DNA of 63,986 nucleotides, filler included, from Stramenopiles sp. TOSAG23-6 (taxonomy: Eukaryota), in NCBI GenBank assembly GCA_900128565.1. It is 6 parts of 6 records of this genome, joined end to end, with 100 filler letters (N's around TTAATTAATTAA, not from the genome) between each part and the next. Parts side by side here need not be neighbours in the genome. Positions count along the whole stretch, not along the records: positions 21,436 to 32,044 come from LT636301.1; positions 32,145 to 42,742 come from LT636302.1; 4 more parts are not named here. One strand, 5' to 3'. The notes below the pieces were generated by a model that saw nothing but the letters and a program-made list of their open reading frames with translations, did no database searches and was not told the DNA's origin. A program made the position numbers and the translations under genes. Within the stretch, counting starts at the first letter, position 1, and each line of letters begins with the position of its first letter. Shown in pieces: positions 22,803-34,673 of this stretch.

Positions 22803-25755
22803 ATGTCCGATATGTCACACTCTAAAGATCCAACGCAGTCGATAGTGGCCGCTGATATTCATCGAATTAATTCAGAAGAAATACAGACTAGTTTGCCTGA
22901 TATAACTGGTCCTGTGGTATTACCACGTTGTGTAGTATCGGAAAATGATTCTCTATGGAATGCTGCTGTAAAGTATGCGTACTCCTGCGAACGATATAGA
23001 GCTCGACATTGTCTACAGCGGATTCCAGCGTTGAGAAAAAACTGGATAATTAAAGAAGTCGGTGCTCCGGAGAAATTGTTAAATCATAATGATAGCATCC
23101 TCAGGCGAGTTCGGGATGCTGGGAAAAGACTTCCTCCCGGAAAGGATCTACTATATCTATTAAAAAACGAACCAAACTTCGGTGTTACGTCTGCAGACAT
23201 TATACCAGTAAACAACGCGAACAGCACCTCTGACCAATCGCTTAATAATGCTGTCACACTACCCGCATTGCAGCATGTAAAATGTGTAGAAAAACTATTT
23301 CAAGCAGCTCGATTTCATTCTTCTGGTAACGCAAAAACAGCTAATAATACTGTTCTGCGTACGCATTGTGACCAAAACGTTGATCCAAAAAGTCAAACTA
23401 GAGTTACTAATCTTCCTGCTAATACTTCTTTCCAAGATACAATTGGCCTAAATTCCGATAAATCCGATCAAACTATCAGTAACAATACTAAAAGAGATGG
23501 TCAAACGGAAAGAGTTGGTCATATAGATAATAACTCTCGACAAGTTCATTCTTATTTTCACCCTCATCAATCTGTTTATAATTCTCCACTTGATATATAC
23601 TCAGCAACTTGGCCTGGCAGTAATCAGTGGTTGTTTACACGACACAATATGGAGAGTGCGATAAATGATTTTCCTGCGAATGCTCACAGGGTGAATGAGT
23701 TACATATGCGGTATAAATTAGCTTCCATGATTCGCCAAACGCAAGCGAAAGTTAATACAACTGTTTCACAAAACAATTTTTATTCAGTTAACACATTGCC
23801 GTCTCACGGGCACATGGAGAATACTTTTATGAATGCTTCCAATAATACAAATCATCAAATCAAATCACCATCATACCTCAACAATTCAACTATAAGCAAA
23901 AAAAGTATGCAGAAAAATCATCGCGCTAAAATAAAAGAGAAAAATCGATATCGCACGAAGATGGAAGAAGTTGCCTTGAGAATAAATAAAGAAGGTTTCA
24001 ATACTGGTTTTTCACGTTCACCGGAAGAAGAAAAAATGGCCATCCTTAGAAAGCGCGAAGCTCGTAAGTGGAAAGCTCGTCAGAGCCGATCAGACAAGCG
24101 TGTGGCAAAACCAAAGCAACCACGAAGTAGTTTTAGCTTTTTCTCTACTCAAATCCGGAAGGACATGGCAGAAGAATTAACCAAAATTGAAAACTGGAAA
24201 GTTTTGCAAATTATTGCTGATATGTGGCGCAATGCACCTTATGAGAGTAAAGCTGCCGCTGAAAGATTAGCATTGAAAGATCAAATGCGTTACGCAAGAG
24301 AAAAAGAAATTTATCTGAAGAGAGACATTCCTCAACAATTTCCAGAGAATACAATTGATCTTGACAGTAGTAGTGATAGTGATGTAGATCACAGTGATGG
24401 TGAAGCACAATTTGAAGACTCAACCTTGAAGACGGTATCTTTGGATTCATCATTAAACCTCGAAACTTGTAATAAGCGAAATTTACGTAGGAGAAAAATC
24501 CGCCTGGAAGGACGAAATTCACCAAAACGTTGGGTACCTGCATATCGCATTTTTATGTCTAAAACTCTCGAGAAAATAACTGCCAGTCATCCTCATTCTA
24601 GCTACGCTGAAAAGCGACGTATAGCGCAGGATATTTGGGAGAAGGCTACTGTTGAAGAGAAGGCTTTCGCGGTGGAACTTTCTAATAAGGATAAACAACG
24701 TTATGCAAGAGAGATTGGTGTTTGGTTGGCTAATAATCCTCGTATTGACATTAGTGATTCTGAAGACGAAGGATGCCCAGTTGACGGACGCAAAAATCGG
24801 GTCTTTAAAAATCATATTCGTAATTGGGGAAATACAGAAAACGAGCGTTTGCGTACGCAGAAACAGACTCAGGATGCTCCGAAGAAATATTTACCTAATG
24901 CTTACATTACTGTGAAGACAAAAAAAGGACAAAAAATCCGTAAGAAACGTGTTCAACGTCAGAGAAAGATCCCTGGTGGTCCAAAAGGTATCAAAATGCC
25001 ATACAACAACTTCTTTGCGCAAAAGTTTCGTCCTATCTTAAAAGCTGAAAATCCAGGAGTAACTCCGACTCAAATTCATCAATTGTTGGGAGCTAAATGG
25101 AAGAATGTCACTCCTGAAGACAAAAAGTGGGCCACAAAATTGCATGAACAAGATAAAATACGCTATAGTCGTGAATTAGAAGAATGGAAAAGAAAGCATC
25201 CTGAGGAAACTGCAGAATATCTTGCAAGAGAATCAGCTAGATATGGACATGAACCTGACTTGTCGAGAGTTATTGGTGCTGTTTCGGATGAAATTCGTGA
25301 GTTGGCCAAAAAATCTGTCGCAAAAAATGTTAATGAATATTTTACAGAGTATCAGGGTAGTAACAATTCACAGAATATTATGAATAATTTTTCTAAACTT
25401 GTTGGAATGAGAGTAAAAGTCAGATATCACAACCAATTTATTTTTGGGTACATCAAGTCGTATCAAATCGTAAAGAAGTCTGATGCGGCAGTCACTTTGC
25501 TTTTATTACAAAATGCATTGCCTAACTTATCTCCATTTGCTTGCGTAACTGACGAAAACAATGCGCTGAATTATATCAAACGAAATCACCAACAACAACG
25601 ACATCGGAATAAACAAGCATTTTTATTTCTGATTAATTATGATAACAACACTGCTGATTGGTTTCAGCTTCCTCATGATAATGTTCAGATATTCCCTCGC
25701 CCGAGTGCATCTAAGCAACGAGGTGATTTAAAGCAACGTGGGCAACTTAATGTTC
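22803..25755 (+). CDS. Multi-HMG-box protein (three boxes), runs into an N gap
   Basis: KPKQPRSSFSFF..W..A.YAREK; SPKRWVPAYRIF..W; GPKGIKMPYNNFF..LGAKWK..DKIRYSRE. Confidence 0.88.
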
Positions 25756-25816
25756 NNNNNNNNNNNNNNNNNNNNNNNNNNNNNNNNNNNNNNTAGTATA
25801 ATTACTTCATTAAAAG

Positions 25817-26827
25817 GTTTCTTCGGCGAAAAATATTCAGAAAATACGTAAATCTCGCCAAATCTACGAGAATTCCGGTAAATATCAAAGAAATGATTTT
25901 TCAAATAGTTCTTCCGGAAGTGAAGAAGAAGAGTTTAGCGAAGGAAATCGTAGTTCTGATGAATCTTCACTTTATTCGTCAACTGATTCGGCGACTGATT
26001 CGGCTACTGATTCATCTGATATTGAAGATGAAAACTCCTCAAAGTCATGTAGTCTTCTAGATCTTGTCAAATCCGGGATTTTATCACCAGGTCCAAGAGC
26101 ACTGACAACAAAATATAAAGGTGTTGTCTTCAATGCTTCATTGACCAAACGAGGTATAATTGTTGATGAAAAGACTAAAGATAAGTTTGAAACGCCTTCT
26201 GGCTGGGCCGTATGTGCGAAGCGCAGGATTGTACCATCGAGGAAAACTGACGATGGTTGGTCAAGTGTGAAACAGGCTGGAGTTTCATTGCGATCACTTC
26301 GTGATCAATACCTATCTTCAATATCTGTTCCTCCTCCTGATACTTCAAACAAAACTTCTAAAAAACGTAAGAAAAGTTCTGGAAACAAAAGAAAGAGTCC
26401 AACTGAGGAAATGTTTAGTAATAAGTCACACAAACGTAAACGTCAAAGACAAAATGTTTTATCACAACAAAAGAATTCATCTTTCAATTCCAGCAGTATT
26501 TCTCACTCAAATCTTCGTTCTTGTATCTCTGCATGGGCTGGTGCTCTAAATTTGGATGATGTAGGTCTTATGGTAGAACATGAAGGTACTTGGTACAAAG
26601 CTTCGTTGAGTTCTGTCACTGAAGAAGGCATTGAAGTAATGTATACAAACTCGAAGACATTTGAAACCATTTTTTCGTGTGATAGATTGAAATGGAATTC
26701 TCATGGCGCATCATTTCGACGTGTCTCGTGTGATTGTTTAGGTAGCAAGCATGCGACTACAAAAGTACCAATATCATCCTCGAAATCCAAAGGATTATAT
26801 ACATCATATGTTAATTATAACAAATGA
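25817..26827 (+). CDS. RAMA-domain exon (MPND-type) plus Tudor-like segment; possibly the 3' part of the HMG gene
   Basis: LLDLVKSGILSPGP.AL..KYKG..F.ASL...G.I...FETPSGWA..KR...P.RK.DDGWSSVK matches the RAMA domain pattern; frame open from 25814. Confidence 0.78.
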   Translation, partial: VSSAKNIQKIRKSRQIYENSGKYQRNDFSNSSSGSEEEEFSEGNRSSDESSLYSSTDSATDSATDSSDIEDENSSKSCSLLDLVKSGILSPGPRALTTKYKGVVFNASLTKRGIIVDEKTKDKFETPSGWAVCAKRRIVPSRKTDDGWSSVKQAGVSLRSLRDQYLSSISVPPPDTSNKTSKKRKKSSGNKRKSPTEEMFSNKSHKRKRQRQNVLSQQKNSSFNSSSISHSNLRSCISAWAGALNLDDVGLMVEHEGTWYKASLSSVTEEGIEVMYTNSKTFETIFSCDRLKWNSHGASFRRVSCDCLGSKHATTKVPISSSKSKGLYTSYVNYNK

Positions 26828-27110
26828 TGCCATTTCATTATTGCTAACATTGGCACAAGCAGCTGAGAGTATTGTATAGTTGCATTTTTCTTCATGTTTC
26901 AACATTAAAATGCCATTAAAATTGATATCTTTTATGAAGAAGTAGTAGTACCTTTTTATTTTCTTTTTTTTTGACACGTGTGTCGAAAAAAGACCTTCAC
27001 CCAAATACTGTCATTTTTTCTGTACTACCTTTATCGCCAAACTAATTGAACTTTGTAACACTTTTGTGAAGAAATCATTATAGAATCAAATACTTTTAAT
27101 ATCAAAGAAT

Positions 27111-29710
27111 ATGTCGAATGTACACTGTGATAAAGGTGCATATATAGGTGGTGATTGGGTCGATATTGAAGACCTCGGAGACCGATATAAGCACACTAAT
27201 CCTTGTGATGGTAACTGTAAAGCTTGTCCTCGTTCGCGTACTCGACACTCTTCCCAGCGTCCAGATGGTGGTTATGACGTGGTAATTATTGGAGCTGGTT
27301 GTATTGGATCAGCAATTGCTCGTGAGTTGTCAAAGTCAACAGCGTCTGTTTTGGTGCTAGAGGCGGCTGATGATGTTACACAAGGCGCCACAAAGGGAAA
27401 CTCCGGCATTGTACACGCTGGTTACGACGACAAGCCAGGAACACTCAAGTCAAAGTATTGCTGGCCAGGTAAGTATTTTCGTTTTTATTGCAAACATTCA
27501 TGATATAAGCTTCAAAAAAGAAAAATGATAATTCATTTAAAATACTATTGACATATTGTACAAATTATTACCAAATGTTTCCTCAGTTAGATAGAGAGCT
27601 AAACTTTGGGTTTCAACGAAATGGATCACTTGTGATTGCAAAATCAGAAAAGGATATGGAGACGCTAGATGTTTTGATGCAACGTGGGAAGACAAACGGT
27701 GTAAAAAATTGCCGTATCATAGGCTACGACGAGTTACGAATTAAAGAACCCCATATTCACGAGGACGCTATTGGTGCTTTATATTCTCCAGATGCTGGTA
27801 CAATAACACCTTATGAATACACTATTGCTTTAGCTGAGAATGCAGTTGATAATGGCGTTGAAATCCGCATAAGGAGAAAAGTTGTAGAAATCATTCAAAA
27901 CAAACAAAGTAAAGATAAATTTTCTTTTCCAAACATATCTGAAACGACTAAAGAAACAGAGAAATGGCCTGCAAGGTTCAAAATCACAGTCGAACATTGG
28001 GAACCTCACCTGACTGCCATTCGACTAAATAAAGCGAAATCGTTATTTTACAATTGGAATCTTTCCGCTATAGTGACCATTTTATCAGTGGCAGTAGGTG
28101 TAGCAGCGGGTGGTTTTCTTATATATTTTACTAATTATTCTTGGTTATTTGTGCGGATTTTGTCGATTTGTATTCCAATTTTAATGTGTGTTTTCAACAT
28201 AAAGTTCGAAATATTTTTTAAGTAGCAAATTTTGTACCTAACAAAACAAATTAAATGTAAAATATTTTTCCACGATACATGCTTTTTATATCATTAGGAT
28301 ATAAGTACAATTTATTTTCACAGAAAAATGATGATTTTTTTACAAAAGAATCAAATGTTAATCCGTCCAATGGAACACATGTTTGTTTTATTTTTTTTGA
28401 ATTTCGAATTAATTTATTTTTTCGTACGAAATTTTGTACCTAACAAATTTAAAAGAAAATATCTTTTCACAGTATATCTTCGAGGTCTTTCAAAACGTGA
28501 AATTGTTTATGCTGATTTCGTCATAAATGCTGCTGGTTGTAAGTCAGATGAAATAGCACGTTTAGTCGGAGACACTTCATTTATTGTAAAACCACGTATT
28601 GGTGATTATATTTTACTCCACAAGAAAGAAGGCTTTAAAACAAATCATACACTTTTTCCATGTCCTCATCCAATCTATGGGAAAGGAGTGTTAGTTCAAA
28701 GTACTTTATGGGGCAATTTAATTCTTGGACCGACTGCGAGAGATGTACTAAAAACAAACAAGAAANCAGGAAAATATGAAGTAGATGATTCAGTTGTAAA
28801 TGAACCTCGTGATAATATAATGGGTTATATTTTGTCAAAATGTACTAATTTAATTCCATCATTAGACTCATCTCAAGTGATTCACACTTTTGCAGGTACA
28901 AGAGCAAAATCCAGTACAGGTGATTGGATTATTGGGCCATATAAGTCTTGTCCAGGATTTTATCATGCAGCTTGTATCGATTCACCTGGAATTGCTTCAA
29001 GTCCTGCTATAGCCGTTGACATTGTCAATATGTTACGAGATGGCGGACTTAATTATGTGGTAGATCCGACGTTTCAACCAAATAGGAAAGCTATAGTTGT
29101 GTCTAAAAATGGTTTCAGAGGTTTAAAAATGTCTAAAAAGGACTGGAATAAGATTAAAGATCCACGAATGAATGTTGTGTGTAAATGTGAAAAAGTGACA
29201 GAAGCTGAGATTATTGATGCGTGTAATCGCTCGCTTCCAATCGATTCAACACAAGCTATTCGAAAACGAACAAGGGCAGGTATGGTAAGTTATTCATTTG
29301 AATTCAATAATTTTTCAAATAATTTATTATTCATCATGTTCATGAATAATTTTATTAATTTTTTCAAAACGTTTTTATAAAAAAAAAAATTCTACAGGGA
29401 CATTGTCAAGGTGATAAAGATAATTATAATTGTGAATGTCGTGTCGCCAGTATTATTTCTCGAGAGTGCAACATCCCATTAAATGAAGTTGGTCGACGTC
29501 CATGGCCTGCATGTACGTTTTCATCATTAATTTCAATTGTTTTTCGTACCAAATTCTGTTGTTCACAAATTTCAAAATTTATATTTTTTGCGCAATACAT
29601 CTTCATTATTATCTTCTCGACATGCATATTTAGATGATAAAGAGAGACAACATCTACTTGATTTAAGTCAATCTACAACGAATTACAAATTAAATGGATC
29701 AGCCAATTAA
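27111..29710 (+). CDS. FAD-dependent oxidoreductase, GlpA/glycerol-3-phosphate dehydrogenase-like, with C-terminal BFD-like [2Fe-2S] domain; 6 exons
   Basis: [63 protein letters not shown]. Confidence 0.9.
27473..27570 (+). other. Class-2 intron (GTATTTT donor), apparent GT-TA
   Basis: GGT AA|GTATTTTCG...ACATATTGTACAAATTATTA|C CAA restores CWPGNQMFPQL; boundary not certain. Confidence 0.55.
28186..28280 (+). other. GT-AT intron (phase 2)
   Basis: TTA AT|GTGTGTTTTC...CGATACAT|G CTT; the 100-nt exon that follows is open. Confidence 0.82.
28381..28477 (+). other. GT-AT intron (phase 0)
   Basis: ACA CAT|GTTTGTTTT...CAGTATAT|CTT CGA; the CAG 5 nt upstream is out of phase. Confidence 0.82.
29285..29397 (+). 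other. Canonical GT-AG intron
   Basis: ATG|GTAAGT...CTACAG|GGA CAT TGT restores AGMGHCQG; lacks the family motif. Confidence 0.93.
29513..29600 (+). other. GT-AT intron (phase 1)
   Basis: GCA T|GTACGTTTTC...GCAATACAT|CT TCA gives GRRPWPASSLL. Confidence 0.85.
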
Positions 29711-29921
29711 ATTTTATCTTTACGTTTCATTGGGAAGGGGAGTAAGAGGGGGATGTTTATATATTTTTTATAGACAATTGATAAATATTACTAATTTGTG
29801 TTTATACATTTTAAAGATGTTTATATTTTTTTATAGACAATCGATAAATATTACTAATTTGTGTTTATACATGTGTACATCTATTATTATTCCTATGCTT
29901 TTTTTTTTTTTTTTTTTTTTT

Positions 29922-31337
29922 TTAGATTCTTAGTGGTTGTTGGTCTAATCTCATTGTACTACTTCGACTTAATGACTCCTGGAAAGGAGCTTCACCTGGA
30001 TAGTATACACCCAAACTACCTGGTTTTGGCATATTGACGTTTCTACTACTTGCTACACTTAGTCCAGGGGGTATGTTTACACCTGCATCATATTGTGTTA
30101 CGTATGATCTCGCCTCATGTGGAGATGTAGGTGGTATTGGCTGTGGTAGAACATCAGGAGTATTAAATACTCGACTTATTGGTGGTGGTGCTGGACCCAT
30201 TCCTGGTCTTGGAGGTACAGCCGCTGGTATAGGTTGACGACGAATAGTACTGGCCACGCCGTAACGTAGTTCAGTTGGTTGTGGACTTTTGTTTTGAACG
30301 AAACGATAAGGCAATACTCCTTCTTTTTGTATTTCATTTCCTGCAGTTGGATAATAATTTGGATACTGAGAAGTTGTTAGCATTGTACCCCGTATTGGAC
30401 GATCTGTTGATATTGCTTGAGGTGTTGCCGCACCATTGCCAGGTCCGTATAATGGGTTAAATCTTGAATTCATTGGATGATACCCTAGACCTGTTGCTGC
30501 CATATTAGCCTGACCTAGTGCTTGTAAATAAGGACTATCCGGATTTTTTGTAGGCTCCCAAACATTTTGTTCATTGAGTGAACTTCCTGAACGTAGAAAA
30601 CGCATTTTATTTGTCATTATTGGCTGAATATTATCTGGTGAATTGTTGACTGGATTACTATTAAATCGTATCTCTTTAAATTGCATGGGTTGTTCCTGTC
30701 CAAACTGTTGTTTTTCTATTTCTTTCTGTAAGTTATTAATTTCTTGCTGCATTCCCAATATACGTTGCTGCGCAGTGTCATTATTTATCGTTGGACTAGA
30801 TGTTGAAGGGTTAGGACGAAAAATTTCTATTGGCATAACTCCACCGGTGTCTAAAGTTGCTTTTGGATTATAGGTAGAAGAATTTCCCACATCCATTTGG
30901 GTGGGAAAAGAATCCTTTATTCTTGAAAATCGCATATTCGAAAATTCAGCTATTTTTCGTTTTAAATCTGCATTTTCAACTTGTAATTTAAGCTCCCTAT
31001 TTTCTGCTTTTACTTTTTCGATTTCAGAAGTAGTTTTTGTTGTGGTGAAACTGGAGTTGTTGATGTGAGACTTTTTTATATTCATGTGTGAGTCTTCTGC
31101 TACTTGGAGTAACTCTGTTTCAGGTAGCGAAGAATACCTATCACCAATATACCCTTTTCGTAAAAATGAATGGGTTGGATCTTTGCCAAACATAATATTT
31201 TGAATCTTATTATTGTCTACGTTTCTCAAAGAAGTCCTCAAAGAAGATCCAAGCCTTAAAAAAGTCAATACTAAAATAATGACTAGTCTGCGAGTTGGAC
31301 CTGGGATATCTCTTTTATGAATAGAATTTAATTGCAT
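29922..31337 (-). CDS. Putative secreted Pro/Asn-rich protein of unknown function
   Basis: 471-aa intronless ORF, signal-like LVIILVLTFL, short coiled coils. Confidence 0.75.
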   Translation of the reverse strand: MQLNSIHKRDIPGPTRRLVIILVLTFLRLGSSLRTSLRNVDNNKIQNIMFGKDPTHSFLRKGYIGDRYSSLPETELLQVAEDSHMNIKKSHINNSSFTTTKTTSEIEKVKAENRELKLQVENADLKRKIAEFSNMRFSRIKDSFPTQMDVGNSSTYNPKATLDTGGVMPIEIFRPNPSTSSPTINNDTAQQRILGMQQEINNLQKEIEKQQFGQEQPMQFKEIRFNSNPVNNSPDNIQPIMTNKMRFLRSGSSLNEQNVWEPTKNPDSPYLQALGQANMAATGLGYHPMNSRFNPLYGPGNGAATPQAISTDRPIRGTMLTTSQYPNYYPTAGNEIQKEGVLPYRFVQNKSPQPTELRYGVASTIRRQPIPAAVPPRPGMGPAPPPISRVFNTPDVLPQPIPPTSPHEARSYVTQYDAGVNIPPGLSVASSRNVNMPKPGSLGVYYPGEAPFQESLSRSSTMRLDQQPLRI

Positions 31338-32044
31338 TTTTACCCAAAGTATGGTTGATGGTGCATTATGCGGTATCGTACCATGTAATGCAGTATGCTA
31401 TGAGAGTGAAGCAACGAATCCTAGAGTCGTTTCATTCAATATTGTGGTGTGGTTAACAGTTTTTTGGACGACACTAGAACGACAATTTCAAAATTTCAAA
31501 ATTTGAAATCTTTAACGTTTGTCGTTACCCGGTACTCCCAGTTCTCAAACAGCCGTTATTTCGATTGGAAAATGAAGAAAAAAGAAACGTATCATTGCTT
31601 TTCATACAAATTTTCCTACTTAAGCTTCGAGAAAATCCGGGCAGATCGAAAACATATCCTTTTTCCCTTTTTCTGTTGGATCTACTCCGCCCAAAAATTC
31701 TCAAAAGAAGACTTCATTTTCAGGTATGTTAACCCTCCCTAGTATCATATTTTCCATACAAAACACCACAGTGTTGTGTAGCACAGATGAGTAATGTTGT
31801 GCTTTGAAAACTTTAAAAAAACTTTGAGAGTTTCTCTCCGTAAAAAAAGTATTTTTCTTTGGACTTCTTCAGAATTTCACTCTCGCTTGAGCATTTCCCA
31901 AAATCGTATCCTTCTCTTTAGCATTCATAGAAACCTTTTAATGAAGTAATTATACTAATATTATATCCTTTATATATATCATTTACTTCACAGCAACCAA
32001 TCATGATGCGCCGTTCTCCAAAAAGAAGTCAAAAGTCGTATGAA

Positions 32045-32144
32045 NNNNNNNNNNNNNNNNNNNNNNNNNNNNNNNNNNNNNNNNNNNNTTAATTAATTAA
32101 NNNNNNNNNNNNNNNNNNNNNNNNNNNNNNNNNNNNNNNNNNNN
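32045..32144. other. Artificial contig linker
   Basis: N-TTAATTAATTAA-N, 100 nt. Confidence 0.97.
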
Positions 32145-32817
32145 ATGGATGTATGTTTTCATAATGAATTGTTTTTTACTAATTTCAAATTTATTTATTT
32201 TTTCATGCGAAATTTTGTACCTAACAAAAAACAAATTGAATGTACAATATTTCTTTACAAATACATATGCGTCACAAGAATTAGTCAATCTTATTCTTGT
32301 CGGTGGTGCGTACTCCCATTTATTTGATGGTATCAAAAAAATAGACGGTGAACATCCCGGATCAAAAATTGAATTGTGTGGAATTCCAAATCAAAGTTCT
32401 ATTGGATTTCTCACTTTATTTGAGTATTACAATAATTTAAATGTTGGAATACATTTCAAGCAACCAAAAATTCCAATATGGGTTATACAAAGTGAAAGTC
32501 ATTATTCTGTTTTATTTAGTCCACCTATACAAGGTATGCCTAGTGAGATTGATGATTGTTTTGATCTATTTTATTATGATGAATTGGCAAAACAAACTGA
32601 AAATATACGACTTACAATAAAAAAGAGTATTGTTGGTGATGGACAGTTGAATAAAAATAATACTACTATAAAAGATGAAAATGATTTCGTGATGGGAAAT
32701 AAAAATAATACTACTATAAAAGATGAAAATAATGTAGTACCTCCACTCAATAAAGTATTGTCAACAAAATGGCCTAATTGTACAATCAATTGGAATGATT
32801 CAGAACCAATTCTGTAA
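32145..32817 (+). CDS. MINDY-3/4 (FAM188)-like deubiquitinase, C-terminal part
   Basis: GY-ASQELVNLIL, IGFLTLFE, PKIPIWVIQSESHYSVLF, FDLFYYDEL, TKWP..INWN.SEPIL. Confidence 0.9.
32151..32266 (+). other. GT-AT intron (phase 1)
   Basis: GGA T|GTATGTTTTC...AAATACAT|AT GCG TCA CAA restores GYASQELVNL. Confidence 0.87.
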
Positions 32818-32999
32818 GAAACAAATATACAAATATATACAAAAATATATACAAATATATACAAATATACAAAAAACACAAAAAACAATGTAGTTTAGAT
32901 TGCTGTTTTGATCAAATGGAAAATATTGAAAAAAATAGTTTCAGCAGAGTATTGTTTTAAAACATCTTTTTTTATAAAATAAATCAATGTAAATATACA

Positions 33000-33090
33000 T
33001 TATTTTTTGAGTGATTTCACATAGGCTTGTATTGGTTTTTGAATTATTTTTTGAGTGATTTCACATAGGCTTGTATTGGTTTTTGAATTA
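33000..33090. repeat. 44-bp tandem duplication spanning the ECI1 stop codon
   Basis: TTATTTTTTGAGTGATTTCACATAGGCTTGTATTGGTTTTTGAA twice. Confidence 0.85.
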
Positions 33091-33987
33091 TTGGATTTGT
33101 TATACGTTCAACAAACCAATCACACCCTTCATCTGTTCGTTTTCGCATTTCACTACCAAAATAATCACGTCTCTCTGCCTTGGTGGCTTGTCTCGCAGAA
33201 CACGGAACAGAAAGCATTTATTGTTGAAAAAATATTTTTTAAAAATTTGATTTTGTTTTGTTAGGTACAATATTTCGTATTAAAAATAAAATAAATTCGA
33301 AATTCATGATGAAAACGTACATTTCTTTCATGTGTTTCATTACAGCAGAATCTAATTCATCTTTATTATGTACAGCATCATCGACCAATCCAATTGAAAA
33401 AGCGGCTTCTCCATCAAGTAACGTACCCCGTGTCACTAGTTGCTCTCCCCGTGCGTCACCTACAACACGTGACATTAAGTCACAAATCCACCACGGAGGA
33501 TTTAAACCTAACGCAGTCTCATTTAATCCAATACGAGGACCACCTGCAGAAATTACACGAGCATCACACGCTAGTGCTAGAACAGTACCACCCGCCGGAG
33601 CATGTCCCTCCATTCTAGCAACAGTAGCCAAAGGAGTTAAAAACAAATCTTGAGCAAGAAGCTGCATCTGTTTCCAGAATTCATGCAGACGTTTGGGATC
33701 TGGGTCTACAAGCTCTTGCAAATCTAATCCTGCACAAAATATCTTTGGGTTTGCTGATGATAAAATCAAACCACGTACTGCAGAATCACTTTCAAGCTCT
33801 TTTAATGTATCTCTCATTTCAATAATGAATTCAAGAGATAGTGTATTCGCAGCTGGTCTATTCATGTTCATTGTTACTACAGNNNNNNNNNNNNNNNNNN
33901 NNAACCAGACGCAGATGAAGCGTTTCGAATATGAAGACAACTTGAACGTACATTCCGAAGAAAGAAACTTCGCGGCACTTGAAACAT
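33044..33987 (-). CDS. ECI1: Mitochondrial enoyl-CoA delta isomerase; exons 33987-33321 (N gap) and 33215-33044
   Basis: Presequence MFQVPRSFFLRNVRSS, MNRPAANTLSLE, FCAGLDL, GHAPAGG, IGLNETALG; spliced tail VPCSARQATK...IQKPIQAYVKSLKK. Confidence 0.92.
33216..33320 (-). other. GT-AT intron (phase 2)
   Basis: GAA AT|GTACGTTTTC...CAATAAAT|G CTT TCT GTT CCG. Confidence 0.87.
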
Positions 33988-34238
33988 GAGCCAATATTGT
34001 ATTTTCGAAGAGTATACTTAGTAGTAGTATGGTCCTACCTAAAGTACGTTCGCGATTTGTTTGGCGATTGTTTGAAAAAAAAATTTTGACGAATTTTTTT
34101 TTGACCGAAACCGGTACCCGGTAACAAAAAACAAAATTTTTTGGAAAAAAATTATTTTGGAAAAAAAAATTTCTGAAAGGCCTTGAGCCTATGACTCTTT
34201 ATGTATGTTGAATTTTCACCTTCTCACATCAGGAGATA

Positions 34239-34322
34239 GCCGGGATGGCAGAGTGGTCTAATGCGGAGCACTTAAGATGCTCTCTCCAGAAGGAGGCGTG
34301 GGTTCGAACCCCACTTCCGGCA
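34239..34322 (+). tRNA. tRNA-Leu(TAA)
   Basis: GCCGGGA/TTCCGGC acceptor stem, GAGCA-CTTAAGA-TGCTC anticodon arm, long variable arm, GGTTCGAACC, downstream T-run. Confidence 0.95.
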
Positions 34323-34673
34323 CTTCTTTTTAACTTTTTTCATTATGAAAAAAAAAAAATGTAAATATATTTTTTTTTTGCTTTTGCATTTTGCATTTGT
34401 AAATTCATTGATTCAATGTCCATGTCTTTGAATAAATATAATATATACATAGATATTTTGACACAATACAATGCACCTAGAATATCGGAGTGATCTTGCG
34501 AGCCATCTAGGAGAGCTCATGGCAAGCGCAAGGATAAATATGGGTACCGGGTACTGTATAATTTTTTAGATCGACTAACCCTAACCCTAATCGAGACCCA
34601 GACTCGACGATCAAATCTTCCATGGATTTAGATTGAAAATATCCAAGATAAAAATAATAAGAGATTTTCTAGC

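Noticed and set aside
31440-32044. Possible ncRNA or first exons at the end of contig 3
   Set aside because: No convincing snRNA or coding signature could be established by eye
32149-32266. Shared peptide motif ([10 protein letters not shown] / FFVRNFVPN) in many ORFs as a protein domain
   Set aside because: It is the intron core translated in different frames
34575-34590. CTAACCCTAACCCTAA as telomere
   Set aside because: Under three units, internal to a contig; at most a telo-box-like motif
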